Assembly: GCA_963787125.1 (NCBI GenBank)
Contig: CAWBBV010000011.1
Location: 32,001 to 96,000 of the forward strand
DNA length: 64,000 bases
Source: an uncultured delta proteobacterium
GTDB taxonomy: Bacteria > Desulfobacterota > Desulfuromonadia > Geobacterales > DSM-12255
Reading direction: 5' to 3'
Of this stretch, positions 10,616-21,536 are shown in pieces (the first letter of the stretch is position 1; each line of letters begins with the position of its first letter). The position numbers and the translations under genes were made by a program. The notes below the pieces were generated by a model that did no database searches, was not told where the DNA came from, and worked only from the letters and a program-made list of their open reading frames with translations.

Positions 10616-12964
10616 TTAACTTACCACTCCCAACTCAAGACTTGCCATCTTCAGATAGGAGATTATTTCTGCACTGCTTTCAAGCTGCAGAACGGCAGCG
10701 GCCAGACTGACTGCCGCCGTATGGGTGGTGCCGAGGATCGCCTGTTTAACCTTCGGGATGGACGGGGAGGACATGCTGAGGTCGGTGATGCCGAGACCTG
10801 CCAGCAGCAGCGCGTTGAGCGGGTCAGCGGCCATTTCGCCGCAAAGGGATACCGGGATACCGGCATCTTTTGCCGCGACGGCAACGGCTTTGATCGAGTG
10901 CAGCAGCGCCGGATGATAAGGGGTATAGTAACTCTTCACTTTCGGATTATTCCTGTCAGCTGCCAGAGTGTACTGAATCAGATCGTTTGTGCCGATACTG
11001 AAAAAATCGGCATTTTTTGCGAGGATCGCTGCGATCTGTACCGCCGCCGGGGTCTCGATCATGATGCCAAGGGGGATATTTTCGTTGAAAAGCGCCCCGG
11101 CGGCGCGAAGTTCAGTGACTGCTTCGGCAAAAACCTCTCTGGCCTGAAAAATCTCGTCAACTCCCGAAACCATCGGCAGCATGATTCTGGCATCTCTGCC
11201 CGCAGACGCCAGCATGATCGCTGCCAACTGTTCTCTGAAGATATCCCGGCACTCAAGTGAGATTCTGATCCCCCGCCACCCCATGAAAGGGTTGTCCTCC
11301 TGCGGATGGTCGAAGTAGGGGAGCCCCTTGTCGCCACCGATATCAAGGGTCCGGATGGTAACCTGCTTCCCGCTGAAGCCTTCCATGATTTTCGAGTAAA
11401 TAGCCGCCTGCTCAAGGCGGTTCGGAAACTGTTTTCTGGCCATGAACGGGAACTCTGTCCGGTAGAGTCCGACCCCCTCGGCACCGTTCATTACGGCAAT
11501 CCTGATATCACTGATCAGGCCGATGTTCGCTTTAAGGTTGATGCGGAGGCCGTCTTTGGTACTCGCCTTTAGATCGACGAGTTCATCCAGTTCGCGCCTT
11601 TTACTGCTGAAATCGCTTTTCAACCGTTCATACTCACCCCTTACATGGCTGTCAGGGTTAATGTAAATGTGACCACTGTTGCCGTCGATTATCAGCTCGT
11701 CGCTCAGGGAAAGCTCTCTGGCAAGCCCCTCTATGCCCACAACCGCAGGAATACCGAGTGATCTGGCAATGATGGCGGCATGGGAATTCAGATCACCCTT
11801 TTCGGTGACAATGCCGAGAATATTCTCGACCTCTATTTTAGCCAGATCCGAAGGGAGTATTTCAGTCGCGACCAGGATTCTCTTTTCATTAAACGGGATC
11901 TGCTCCCCTTCATGGCCGTCAAGAGAGTCCATGATCCGGCGACCGATGTCCTCCATGTCTGCAGAACGGCTCCGCAGATAAGGATCTTCCATCCGGTCAA
12001 AAGCATCCATGTAGAACTGCACGACTTCATGCACGGCTCTGGCGGCACCGTAGTTTTGCTCGATCAACTCATTAATCTTGGCGATAAAGCCGCGATCCTC
12101 CAGGATCATCAGATGGGTATGGAAGATGGAGGCGTCAGCGTCAGAGAGCCTCTCCGCCACCCGCTTCTCCATATAGAGCGTCTGGATGCGGGCTTTCTCG
12201 ATGGCAAGCTGAAGGCGGAGGCGCTCCTCTTCGGGAGAGAGCGGCACCTCCAGCATTGATGCCAGAAGCGGGTTGCGCCTGGTCAGGATGTAGATACTGC
12301 CGACGGCGAATCCGGGAGACACCCCTCTGCCGAGCCGGTCGACCGAATGGCGGCCTCTCTGGCCGGGGGGGAGATCGTCACCTGGCAACGGTTTGGCATG
12401 GATATTTTTAAGTTCATTCTCAAGGATGGCCCGCTCTTCATCTTTTTTGCGGATGGAGTCGAGCAGCCGGGCGTTCATGACAATGCTGGAAATCTGGTAA
12501 GCGATGGTGGAGAGAGTGCTGATCTCGGTTGCGGTGTAGCTGCGCGGCTCGCGGTGCTGGACAACAATTGCGCCGACCGGGCTTTTTCGCTCGAACATCG
12601 GAATACCGAGAAAGGAGTGGTAGCGTTCTTCCCGGGTTTCGGCAAAATATTTGTAACGCGGGTGTTCATGGGCATCTTCGAGGCTGACGACACTGCGCTG
12701 CTCAACCACCAGACCGGTCAACCCCTCGGAGATGTTCATGGTGATCTTGCCGACAGAAGAGAGAGACAGACCTTTGGTCGCCTGCAGCCTCAGAGTCTCG
12801 CCGTCATCATCGAGCAGATAGATGGAGCAGACATCCGACGCCATCCGTCTGGAGACAACATTGACGATGTTGTCAAGTGTCTCCTGCAGATCATGGGAGT
12901 GGAGAATCAGGGTACTTATGTCTTCAAGAGTGCGCAGTCCAAGGGATTCGGTTTTTTCAGGCAT
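10616..12964 (-). CDS. ptsP: GAF-containing phosphoenolpyruvate-protein phosphotransferase (EI-Ntr type)
   Basis: N-terminal GAF; SHAAIIARSLGIP; GVGLYRTEF; RTLDIGGDK; FSIGTNDLIQY; CGEMA. Confidence 0.95.
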   Translation of the reverse strand: MPEKTESLGLRTLEDISTLILHSHDLQETLDNIVNVVSRRMASDVCSIYLLDDDGETLRLQATKGLSLSSVGKITMNISEGLTGLVVEQRSVVSLEDAHEHPRYKYFAETREERYHSFLGIPMFERKSPVGAIVVQHREPRSYTATEISTLSTIAYQISSIVMNARLLDSIRKKDEERAILENELKNIHAKPLPGDDLPPGQRGRHSVDRLGRGVSPGFAVGSIYILTRRNPLLASMLEVPLSPEEERLRLQLAIEKARIQTLYMEKRVAERLSDADASIFHTHLMILEDRGFIAKINELIEQNYGAARAVHEVVQFYMDAFDRMEDPYLRSRSADMEDIGRRIMDSLDGHEGEQIPFNEKRILVATEILPSDLAKIEVENILGIVTEKGDLNSHAAIIARSLGIPAVVGIEGLARELSLSDELIIDGNSGHIYINPDSHVRGEYERLKSDFSSKRRELDELVDLKASTKDGLRINLKANIGLISDIRIAVMNGAEGVGLYRTEFPFMARKQFPNRLEQAAIYSKIMEGFSGKQVTIRTLDIGGDKGLPYFDHPQEDNPFMGWRGIRISLECRDIFREQLAAIMLASAGRDARIMLPMVSGVDEIFQAREVFAEAVTELRAAGALFNENIPLGIMIETPAAVQIAAILAKNADFFSIGTNDLIQYTLAADRNNPKVKSYYTPYHPALLHSIKAVAVAAKDAGIPVSLCGEMAADPLNALLLAGLGITDLSMSSPSIPKVKQAILGTTHTAAVSLAAAVLQLESSAEIISYLKMASLELGVVS

Positions 12965-13137
12965 TATGACTCCTTTGGTACCAACTCCATTAAGCCCTTT
13001 GATTTCTCAAAGAGCATGGTTAGCCAGGATTATAGATGAATTCGAGTAGAAGTGAAGCGGCAAGAACGGAAATGAGGTGATAATGAGAATTTATCATGAT
13101 ATAAGTCGGTAACTTTTACAGGGCGCAAGGAGGATAT

Positions 13138-13941
13138 ATGAGCGGAAATTTTGAGGAAATTATCGAGAACGTCATTGCAGCAATAGAGTCGGGTGATTTC
13201 CAGAAAGCGGCAGATGGCGCAAAAAAATGCATCGCGCTTGAGCCTGAAAACCCCGAGGGACATTTCTTCCTCGGTGAAGCGCTGGCGTCTCTGGACAAGC
13301 AGCCGGAGGCAATAGCCGCCTATGAAGCCGGACTGAAACTGGCGCCGGAGGATACTGATGCACTCACCTGCCTGGGCGACATCTACTTCGAACAGGGACA
13401 GCACAAGGATGCGCTCAAGCTCTATGAAAAGATCATCAAGATAGATCCAAAAGATGCTGACGGTTACGTCAATATCGGCCTGGTTTATAACAGCATGGAA
13501 CGGGCGGAAGATGCCATCAAGGCGTACGAGAAAGCGCTCACGCTCGACCCTGACAATGTTTTTGCCTATAACGCCCTTGGCGATGCCTGGTATGGGCTTG
13601 GCAATCGGGACAAGGCGATCGAAGCATTCAACAAAGGGATTGCTGTAGATCCCCATGATGCCGCGGCGCACTTCAATCTGGGTGAGCTTTTCTACGATCT
13701 TGGCGAACATGATGATGCCGAACGGGAATGCCTGGAAGCGATCAGGCTTGACCCGGAGTTCACCCTTGCCTATCTGACCCTGGGGAGCCTCCATATGGAT
13801 CGGGAACATCTTGCCGATGCGCTGAAATATCTGAAGCTTTATATCAAACATGAAAAATCTCCCCAGGCACAGGAGATGATTGACGAGGTCAAGGCGGTTA
13901 TTGACGGGTTGAAAGAAGAGCTTGAGGGGAAGAAAAAGTAG
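13138..13941 (+). CDS. Tetratricopeptide repeat protein
   Basis: Serial 34-aa helical repeats (A..xLG...A...Y.KAL.LDP). Confidence 0.9.
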   Translation: MSGNFEEIIENVIAAIESGDFQKAADGAKKCIALEPENPEGHFFLGEALASLDKQPEAIAAYEAGLKLAPEDTDALTCLGDIYFEQGQHKDALKLYEKIIKIDPKDADGYVNIGLVYNSMERAEDAIKAYEKALTLDPDNVFAYNALGDAWYGLGNRDKAIEAFNKGIAVDPHDAAAHFNLGELFYDLGEHDDAERECLEAIRLDPEFTLAYLTLGSLHMDREHLADALKYLKLYIKHEKSPQAQEMIDEVKAVIDGLKEELEGKKK

Positions 13942-14087
13942 GTTAGTTGAGTTTTTGAGAAATGCCGCTAAAAAGGGTGCCCTGAAAAGGATGCCACTTT
14001 CTTTTTCATGGTGAGAAATTACGGATGAAATCAATAAGTTTGCAATGGCTCAGTTTTCGGGGGGAAGGTCAGTAAAGGAGTTTTCTC

Positions 14088-15035
14088 ATGATTGAAGTCG
14101 GCAATCCCGAAAATCCGCGAATTCTCATTGTTGATGACGAATGTGAAGTGCTGAATAGTCTTGCTGATCTGCTGCGCAAGGATTTTCACATATTTGCCAC
14201 TGCCGACGTCGAGGAGGCTCTTAGCCTGCTGGTTGCCGACAACACGTTCTCAATTGTTATCTCCGACCAGCGTATGCCGGAAATTACCGGGTCCGAACTG
14301 TTAACCAACGTCGCCAGAACTAATCCCAACACAATCCGCATTCTCCTTACAGCTTATTCTGATATTAACGCAGTAATCGAAGCCGTCAATAACGGCCATA
14401 TCGCTCAGTACATCAGCAAACCGTGGGATGCCGTCAAGCTGCTTGCCACCCTCAATTCCCTGCATCAGGTTAAGTGTTCGCAACTCGATGATGAGCGGCG
14501 CAAGTTTGAGATGGCCAGGTTGGAGGCGGCCAGCCTGGAAGCTGATCTTGAGCGTGACAAACTCGACAATATAGTATCCGCTATTGATGCCGATCTGCTG
14601 CTTCTTGACCAGGATCTTACCATCTTGTGGGTGAACCGGCGATTGAAGGAACGGCCACAGTTCAGTAAAGGTGAGATCATCGGCAAACTCTGCAACTTGA
14701 GTTACTGCAATGTTGAACAAGCCCCGGAGACCTGCCCCGCCCTGATCGCATTCAAAACCGGAGAACCGGTGCGCCAGGAGCATTCCATAACTCATCCCGA
14801 TGGCAGTATTCGATATTATAACTTCACCTGTTCACCTATAAAAAACAAGGATGGGGTTGTGGACAGGGTGCTTGAGCTGGTGCAGGATGTGACCGAATAC
14901 CATGCCATGGTGGAAGCCCTACAGGTAAAAAACAATACATTGGAAAGGCTCAACCGCCTGTTTGTAGACCGGGAGTTTCGGGTCAAGGAGCTGAAGGAGC
15001 GGGTGAAGGAGCTGGAAGAGAAGTTGCCAATATGA
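14088..15035 (+). CDS. REC-PAS response regulator with C-terminal coiled coil
   Basis: ILIVDDE...ISDQRMP...ISKPW; PAS/PAC; DREFRVKELKERVKELE tail. Confidence 0.85.
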   Translation: MIEVGNPENPRILIVDDECEVLNSLADLLRKDFHIFATADVEEALSLLVADNTFSIVISDQRMPEITGSELLTNVARTNPNTIRILLTAYSDINAVIEAVNNGHIAQYISKPWDAVKLLATLNSLHQVKCSQLDDERRKFEMARLEAASLEADLERDKLDNIVSAIDADLLLLDQDLTILWVNRRLKERPQFSKGEIIGKLCNLSYCNVEQAPETCPALIAFKTGEPVRQEHSITHPDGSIRYYNFTCSPIKNKDGVVDRVLELVQDVTEYHAMVEALQVKNNTLERLNRLFVDREFRVKELKERVKELEEKLPI

Positions 15036-16318
15036 GCATAAATTCATCAAAATTCAGGAAAACTGTCGATTCCCTGAGAGAGAGCAAACAGTACAACCGT
15101 TCATTGTTTAAACATTCTCCCATAGGACTGGCTCTCTGCCGGCTTAGTGGCGAGCTTGTCGATGTGAACCCGTCGTATGCCGCTATAATCGGCCGAGGCG
15201 TTGCGGAGACGCTCACAATGTCATATTGGGAGATCACTCCTGAAAAATATGCGGACCAGGAACAGCTCCAACTGGACAGTCTCATGACAACAGGTCGTTA
15301 CGGGCCGTATGAAAAAGAGTATATCCATGTGTCCGGCCGTCTTGTCCCTGTCAGACTGCAGGGGCAAATTATCGAGCAAAGCGGTGAAAAGTTTATCTGG
15401 TCGAGTGTTGAAGACATATCAGAACGCAAGCAGGCGGAGCTGGAACTTGGAAAATATCAGAAGCATCTCGAAGAGCTTATTAAAGAACGCACTGACGGCT
15501 TCAAGCAAAAGTCTATTGACCTGGAGCGCTCCCAGACCGCCATGTTGTATCTGCTTGAGGATGTAAACGATATCAATAAACAACTTAATCAGGCAAATGA
15601 GAAATTGAAAGAGGTTGACCGCCTTAAATCCATGTTCATTGCTAGCATGAGCCATGAACTGCGCACTCCGCTCAATTCGGTGATCGGCTTCTCCAGCATC
15701 CTGCTCAACGAGTGGCTGGGAGCACTGAACGATGAACAGAAGAAGAGTCTGACCTCCATCCTCCGCTCCGGCAAACACCTGCTATCGCTGATAAACGATG
15801 TCATTGACGTCTCGAAGATAGAGGCAGGTATGATCGAAGTAAGCCAGGAAGATTTTGAGCTGTCCGAACTGCTTGACGAGGTGGAACAGACCTTTGCAAA
15901 AGAGGCCCTGGATCGCAAGCTCACCTTAGCAGTGCAGCAGCTCAGCCTGCCAATGCATACAGACCGGCGTCGCCTGCTGCAGTGCCTACTCAACCTGGTC
16001 AGCAACGCCCTGAAGTTTACCGAAAAGGGCGGGGTTATTGTTGAGGTTTGGTACAATGAGAGTGAGAGAGAGCTGACAATTGCCGTGGCCGACACCGGCA
16101 TCGGCATCAAGACGGAAGATCAGCCCAAGCTCTTCCAGGCTTTCAGCAGAATCCAGTCACATTTAACGGCAACTGTTTGCGGCACCGGCTTGGGACTCTA
16201 TCTGTCCAGGAGAATAATTGTTGATATTTTGCAAGGAGAGATCAAAGTTACGAGCGAATCAGGTGTGGGAAGCATCTTCACCATAACCATTCCGGTGAGG
16301 GTAGAATCCGCCGGATAA
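15032..16318 (+). CDS. PAS sensor histidine kinase
   Basis: SHELRTPLN H-box, NLVSNALKFT, DTGIGI, GTGLGL. Confidence 0.93.
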   Translation: MSINSSKFRKTVDSLRESKQYNRSLFKHSPIGLALCRLSGELVDVNPSYAAIIGRGVAETLTMSYWEITPEKYADQEQLQLDSLMTTGRYGPYEKEYIHVSGRLVPVRLQGQIIEQSGEKFIWSSVEDISERKQAELELGKYQKHLEELIKERTDGFKQKSIDLERSQTAMLYLLEDVNDINKQLNQANEKLKEVDRLKSMFIASMSHELRTPLNSVIGFSSILLNEWLGALNDEQKKSLTSILRSGKHLLSLINDVIDVSKIEAGMIEVSQEDFELSELLDEVEQTFAKEALDRKLTLAVQQLSLPMHTDRRRLLQCLLNLVSNALKFTEKGGVIVEVWYNESERELTIAVADTGIGIKTEDQPKLFQAFSRIQSHLTATVCGTGLGLYLSRRIIVDILQGEIKVTSESGVGSIFTITIPVRVESAG

Positions 16319-16355
16319 AAGATACGTCAGCAGCAATACATAACAGAGGTAAGCC

Positions 16356-16727
16356 ATGAAAACAGTCCTGGTAGTTGAAGACAACGCAGATAATCTGCAG
16401 ATCATCACCTATGCTCTGCAGAGAGCCGGATATGAAGTTATCAGGGCCGAAACTGGTGAAGATGGGGTTGAGATGGCAATTGCCGACCTTCCCTTCTTTA
16501 TTATTATGGATATCAATCTGCCGGGGATAGACGGCATCGAGGCGACCAGACGCATCCGTGCATCCAAGGCAGACGGCACAATCCCGATCATTGCCATCAC
16601 CTCCTACGCCATGCGGGGGGATCGCGAAAAAATAATGGCCGCTGGTTGCAACGGTTATTTTGAAAAACCTTTTGACCCGGTTACCATCGTAGCGCAGATT
16701 CATAAAATTATCGGTTTATCGCAATGA
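16356..16727 (+). CDS. Single-domain response regulator (DivK/CheY-like)
   Basis: VLVVEDN...IMDINLPGIDG...AGCNGYFEKP. Confidence 0.93.
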   Translation: MKTVLVVEDNADNLQIITYALQRAGYEVIRAETGEDGVEMAIADLPFFIIMDINLPGIDGIEATRRIRASKADGTIPIIAITSYAMRGDREKIMAAGCNGYFEKPFDPVTIVAQIHKIIGLSQ

Positions 16728-17956
16728 AAATACTTATCGTTGACGACAACTCCGATGACCGAAACATTCTTCGCCATTATCTGGCTCACGTTGCGTTAGT
16801 GATTCTGGAGGCCGTAAACGGTGAAGAAGGCCTTGCAATCGCAACCATCGAAAGACCGGATCTGATTATTTCCGATGCACTGATGCCCTATGTTGATGGT
16901 TTTGAGTTTCTACGGGAAGTCAGGCGTTCAACGGTGCTGCGTGATACCCCCTTCATATTTTACTCTGCTGTGTACACGGGAAATAAAGATAAGGAGCTTG
17001 CTCTGTCGCTGGGGGCTGATGCTTTTATGGTAAAACCTCTTGAAGCTGAGGAATTCCTGAGACAACTAAAAAGCCTACTTGAAAAACTGGACAGAACAAA
17101 AGAAAGGCCCGTAAGCGAACTCCTTGAGGAAGACGAGAAGTTCCTGAAAATATATAGCCGGATGGTCGCTGCCAAACTGGAAGAAAAGGTGCGAGATTTG
17201 GAACTGCTGCACAAAAATCTGGAGTCTCGTGTTGCTGAACTGGTTGCCGATCAGCGCCGTAAAGACCAAATTCTGATCCAGCAAGGACGTCTTGCTGCCT
17301 TGGGAGAGATGATCGGCAACATCGCCCACCAATGGCGTAACCCACTTAATAATGTCGCCCTGATCATTCAGAACCTGCAGTTGGAATATGACTCCGGCAC
17401 GCTCACGCCTGATGATATGCACAGAGAAACCCGCGAGGCTATGGAAGTCATCTTGTACATGTCTCAGACTATCAATGACTTCAATAATTTTTTCCGCGAG
17501 GACAAGGAAAAATTGAAATTTTCAATAAACGAGGCAGTCAATCGAGCCCTTGGAGTGGTCTCTGCAAACCTGAAGAATCACAATATCATGGTCAAGATTG
17601 AAAGCAGCACAGAGGTATCGGTTGTCGGCTACCAGAACGAATACGCACAGGTACTGCTCAACATCATATCCAACTCTTGTGAAGCGTGCATTGAGCGTCA
17701 TGTGACGGACCCCCATCTCTTCTTGCACATAGTACGTGAGGATGAGCGTTCCGTGCTGTATATCCGTGACAATTGTGGCGGTATACCAGACGATGTTTTG
17801 CACAAAATATTTGATCCGTATTTCACTACCCGCGGTCCGGACAGGGGGACTGGTATCGGACTGTATATGTCGAAGGTGATTATCGAGCAGAATATGGGTG
17901 GGGAACTGACTGCTCGCAATGTCGAGCATGGCGCTGAGTTCCGGATTGCGGTGTGA
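16724..17956 (+). CDS. Hybrid REC-histidine kinase
   Basis: N-terminal REC; IAHQWRNPLN H-box; DNCGGI; FDPYFTT; GTGIGL. Confidence 0.92.
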   Translation: MKILIVDDNSDDRNILRHYLAHVALVILEAVNGEEGLAIATIERPDLIISDALMPYVDGFEFLREVRRSTVLRDTPFIFYSAVYTGNKDKELALSLGADAFMVKPLEAEEFLRQLKSLLEKLDRTKERPVSELLEEDEKFLKIYSRMVAAKLEEKVRDLELLHKNLESRVAELVADQRRKDQILIQQGRLAALGEMIGNIAHQWRNPLNNVALIIQNLQLEYDSGTLTPDDMHRETREAMEVILYMSQTINDFNNFFREDKEKLKFSINEAVNRALGVVSANLKNHNIMVKIESSTEVSVVGYQNEYAQVLLNIISNSCEACIERHVTDPHLFLHIVREDERSVLYIRDNCGGIPDDVLHKIFDPYFTTRGPDRGTGIGLYMSKVIIEQNMGGELTARNVEHGAEFRIAV

Positions 17957-18015
17957 TTCTAATGCAAGCATTGATTGGATTACATCTAAAATTGAGATGG
18001 AAAGGATGAATACGA

Positions 18016-20058
18016 ATGAAAATACTCATCGTAGACGACAACGCTGAAGACCGGTACCTGTTGAAACTCAACATGGAGCATCATGGCTGTGAAGTCATCG
18101 AGGCAGCCGACGGTGCCGAAGGACTGCATCTGGCAAGCGCCGAAAGGCCTGACCTGATTGTTTCAGACGCGCTCATGCCGGTAATGGACGGATTTCAGTT
18201 CCTGCGGGCTGTCAAGATGAATGAAAGCCTCAGTTCTATTCCATTCATATTCTATTCTGCTGTGTATACCGGAAACAAGGAGGCTGAGCTCGCCAGAGCA
18301 TTGGGGGCTAAGATTTTTATTGTCAAGCCCATGGCGCCGGAGGAATTCTGGGCGGAGCTGCAGGGGGTAATCGGCAATTGCACCGGCAACAGAGAGAGAG
18401 AGGTCAGCCAAAACCTGATCGAGAGTGAAGCAGTATTTCTGGATCAATACAGCAATGTTGTGGCAACCAAGCTGGAGGAGAAGGTCCGGGAGCTGGAAGC
18501 AGCCAAGTTATTAATTGAGGATAAGGAACAGGATTGGCGGCAGACCTTCAATGCAATCAGCGACTGTGTGACAGTCCACGACATTGATTTCAACGTGCTG
18601 CTGGCGAATGGCTCTTGCGGGAAGATTCTCGGCGCTTCACCGGAGGCTATCCGTTCCAGAAAGTGTTATGAACTGTTTCACGGCACTGGCGGACCGCATG
18701 AGGCCTGCCCGATGCAGGCGGTAGTCCGGACGGGGTTGACTGCATCGGCCGAGCTGTTCGAAGAGAGCCTTGGCAGTTGGCTGGAGATAACCTGCTCCCC
18801 GATTTTCGGCGAAGGGGGTAAGGTTCGGGGCGTGGTGCATGTTGCCAAAGATATTACCATCCGGAAAAATATGGAAAAATCCCTGATGAATAGCGAAGCA
18901 CGTTTTCGTTCCACCTTTGAACAGGCAGCTGTAGGCATTGCCCATGTAGATACTGACGGTCGCTGGTTGAAGGTAAATCAAAAACTATGCGCCATTGTCG
19001 GCTATACCCGGGAAGAACTGCTTACAAAGTCATTTCAGGATATCACCTTCCCCGATGATCTCGAAATCGATCTTAAGTATGTGTCGCAGATGTTGACCGG
19101 AGAGATCGAAACCTATTCTCTGGAGAAGCGCTATATCCATAAAGATGGATCGCTGGTCTGGATCAATCTTACGGTTTCTCTCTTGCGTGATGAACTGGGG
19201 AAGCCGGAGCACTTTATCTCCGTCGTCGAGGATATCACCGAGCGGAAAAAACTCGAAGCGCAACTCCTCCAGAGTCAGAAGATGGAGGCAATCGGCACCC
19301 TGGCCGGCGGTATCGCCCATGATTTTAATAACAGTCTTACGGCAATCGTCGGCTATGGCAGTTTGGCGCTAATGAAGATGACAGCTGATGATCCGCAGCG
19401 CAAAAACATAGAGTATATGCTCGATGCGTCGGACCGGGCCGCCCATCTTACCAAGGATCTGCTCCTCTTCAGCCGAAAACAGGTCAGCGAGAAGAAGCGC
19501 ATTGACCTGAACGAAAGAATCAGGAAAGTTGAAAAGTTTCTGAGCCGGATCATAGGGGAGGATGTAAAGTGTACGCTCATGCTTCAGGAAGAGCCAATTA
19601 CTATTCTGGCAGACCCCTATCAGCTTGACCAGGTGCTGATGAATCTGGCCACCAATGCCCGTGACGCCATGCCCATGGGTGGAGAGTTAACTATTAGAAC
19701 TGAAGCGGTGATGCTGGATAGTGAGTTCAACACTGTCCATGGTTATGGCAATCCGGCGCGTTATGCGCTGTTGACCGCTTCTGACAGCGGTAAGGGGATG
19801 GATGCGGAAACACAAAAGCGGATCTTCGACCCCTTTTTCACGACCAAGGAGGTCGGCAAGGGCACAGGCCTCGGCCTTGCTGTCGTCTACGGCATCATCA
19901 AGCAGCATGACGGCTATATCAACGTCTACAGTGAGCCGGGGATGGGGACTACCTTCAGGATATACCTGCCGCTAATTCTGACGACACCGGAAGAAATTCT
20001 CCCTGCAAGCACACGAAGAAGTGCCAGTCGGCGGAACGGAGACAATCCTTTTGGCTGA
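18016..20058 (+). CDS. REC-PAS-PAS histidine kinase; C-terminal receiver split off by a frameshift
   Basis: GIAHDFNN H-box, [24 protein letters not shown]; reading becomes aberrant after FRIYLP. Confidence 0.9.
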   Translation: MKILIVDDNAEDRYLLKLNMEHHGCEVIEAADGAEGLHLASAERPDLIVSDALMPVMDGFQFLRAVKMNESLSSIPFIFYSAVYTGNKEAELARALGAKIFIVKPMAPEEFWAELQGVIGNCTGNREREVSQNLIESEAVFLDQYSNVVATKLEEKVRELEAAKLLIEDKEQDWRQTFNAISDCVTVHDIDFNVLLANGSCGKILGASPEAIRSRKCYELFHGTGGPHEACPMQAVVRTGLTASAELFEESLGSWLEITCSPIFGEGGKVRGVVHVAKDITIRKNMEKSLMNSEARFRSTFEQAAVGIAHVDTDGRWLKVNQKLCAIVGYTREELLTKSFQDITFPDDLEIDLKYVSQMLTGEIETYSLEKRYIHKDGSLVWINLTVSLLRDELGKPEHFISVVEDITERKKLEAQLLQSQKMEAIGTLAGGIAHDFNNSLTAIVGYGSLALMKMTADDPQRKNIEYMLDASDRAAHLTKDLLLFSRKQVSEKKRIDLNERIRKVEKFLSRIIGEDVKCTLMLQEEPITILADPYQLDQVLMNLATNARDAMPMGGELTIRTEAVMLDSEFNTVHGYGNPARYALLTASDSGKGMDAETQKRIFDPFFTTKEVGKGTGLGLAVVYGIIKQHDGYINVYSEPGMGTTFRIYLPLILTTPEEILPASTRRSASRRNGDNPFG

Positions 20059-20407
20059 AGATGATGAAGCGGTCAGGATTTTGACGAAAGCCGTGTTGAC
20101 CGAATACGGTTACAGAGTCATCGAGGCGCAAAACGGTGAGGATGCGGTACTGAAATTCAGGGAAAACAGCGGCTCAATCCAGTTGCTGCTCTTCGATCTT
20201 ATCATGCCGAAGAAGACCGGTACGGAAGCTTTTGACGAAATCCGGAAAATAGCTCCAGATATCAAAGTGCTCTTTTCAAGCGGGTATGCGCCGGAAAGGC
20301 TTCAGCAGAAAATATTTTCAGAAGAGGATGCCAAGATAATTGAAAAGCCGGTTTCACCTCAAAAACTGTTGCAAATGGTGCGGAGCCTGCTGGATGTAGC
20401 TACATGA
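20021..20407 (+). CDS. Receiver domain, probably the frameshifted C-terminus of the 18016 kinase
   Basis: [11 protein letters not shown]...LLFDLIMP...SSGY...KP; overlaps the kinase ORF in the +1 frame. Confidence 0.8.
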   Translation: MPVGGTETILLAEDDEAVRILTKAVLTEYGYRVIEAQNGEDAVLKFRENSGSIQLLLFDLIMPKKTGTEAFDEIRKIAPDIKVLFSSGYAPERLQQKIFSEEDAKIIEKPVSPQKLLQMVRSLLDVAT

Positions 20408-20418
20408 CAATTTATCGT

Positions 20419-20467
20419 TAAACGGGCAGTTAACCGCAGATTTTATCTGCGGTTAACTGCCCGTTTA
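20419..20467. repeat. Perfect 23-bp inverted repeat with 3-nt loop
   Basis: TAAACGGGCAGTTAACCGCAGAT-ttt-ATCTGCGGTTAACTGCCCGTTTA. Confidence 0.95.
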
Positions 20468-20492
20468 TAGGGTTATAGTTTGGAGCTGCCTG

Positions 20493-21353
20493 ATGCGCTA
20501 CCCGGCGACAATAAATCTGCCGTTCAATCACGAAGCGGTAAAAGATGGCTTTATCCCCATAACACCGGGCTCACCGGTGCCTAGCGCTGACGGTTTCTGG
20601 TTACTGCTGCAGGGGAATGCGCTGATTGTCTGCCAACAGGCCGGGCTCTTGCAACTCCCTTGCGGCGCTGCGCCGGCGTTTCTCCCTGAAACCTGTCAGC
20701 CTCTCTGCATCGGTCTTTGGCAGGGGCTCCCCCTGCGCATGGCCGCCATCAGTCGTACCGTGGAGATTCCAAAACATTTCGCAGCCGAGGCGTTCAACGC
20801 TGCCGGCGACCGCCTCGATGATGCCACTCTGACACTTGGCGGCATGGCGATGCAAATTTTGCACTGGCAGAAAAAAAGCCGCTTCTGCTCTGCCTGCGGT
20901 GGAGAGCTGACAGCGATGAGCGGCCACTGGGGGCGGCACTGCAGCGTCTGCAACTACGAGCATTTCCCCTCGATCCACCCCTGTGCCATTGTTCTGGTCC
21001 GGCGCGGTGAAGAGTTCCTCCTTGCCCGGAAAAAAGAGTGGCTCCCCGGTCGCTACGGCCTGGTCGCCGGTTTTCTCGACATGAGTGAATCGCTGGAAGA
21101 GTGCGCTGCCAGAGAGGTTCTGGAAGAGACCGGCATCATTGTTAAAAACATCCGCTACGTGGGGAGCCAGTGCTGGCCGTTTCCGAGCCAGCTGATGGCC
21201 GGGTTTGTGGCGGAGTACGCTGGAGGAGAGATCAAGGTGGAAGAAGATGAGCTGGAAGATGTCCGCTGGTTCAGCCGCACAGCACCGCCTGAGGGGCTGC
21301 CACCACAGCGGAGTATCGCCCGGTGGATCATTGACAGGTATATGTTGAACTGA
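20493..21353 (+). CDS. nudC: NAD(+)/NADH diphosphatase
   Basis: FCSACG..CSVC zinc ribbon, Nudix box AGF...ESLEECAAREVLEETGI, SQCWPFPSQLM. Confidence 0.93.
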   Translation: MRYPATINLPFNHEAVKDGFIPITPGSPVPSADGFWLLLQGNALIVCQQAGLLQLPCGAAPAFLPETCQPLCIGLWQGLPLRMAAISRTVEIPKHFAAEAFNAAGDRLDDATLTLGGMAMQILHWQKKSRFCSACGGELTAMSGHWGRHCSVCNYEHFPSIHPCAIVLVRRGEEFLLARKKEWLPGRYGLVAGFLDMSESLEECAAREVLEETGIIVKNIRYVGSQCWPFPSQLMAGFVAEYAGGEIKVEEDELEDVRWFSRTAPPEGLPPQRSIARWIIDRYMLN

Positions 21354-21536
21354 AAAAAAGAGACGCCGTAGCTCCCGGAAGATGATCATAGTTCTGAACA
21401 GGCAGGTCAGCCAAAAGTCCTGCGGATTGCAAAACCAGGCGTTAGCCGACGCTAAACCTGATATCCATCCCGTTCATCCCTGTAAAATGTTTTTGGTGTA
21501 TTTATTCTATTGTTAGGGCGCTGAATAGGTACAGTA

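Noticed and set aside
13030..14034. 334-aa minus-strand ORF
   Set aside because: Antisense shadow of the TPR gene with no recognisable motifs; the same applies to most other overlapping ORFs in the track.
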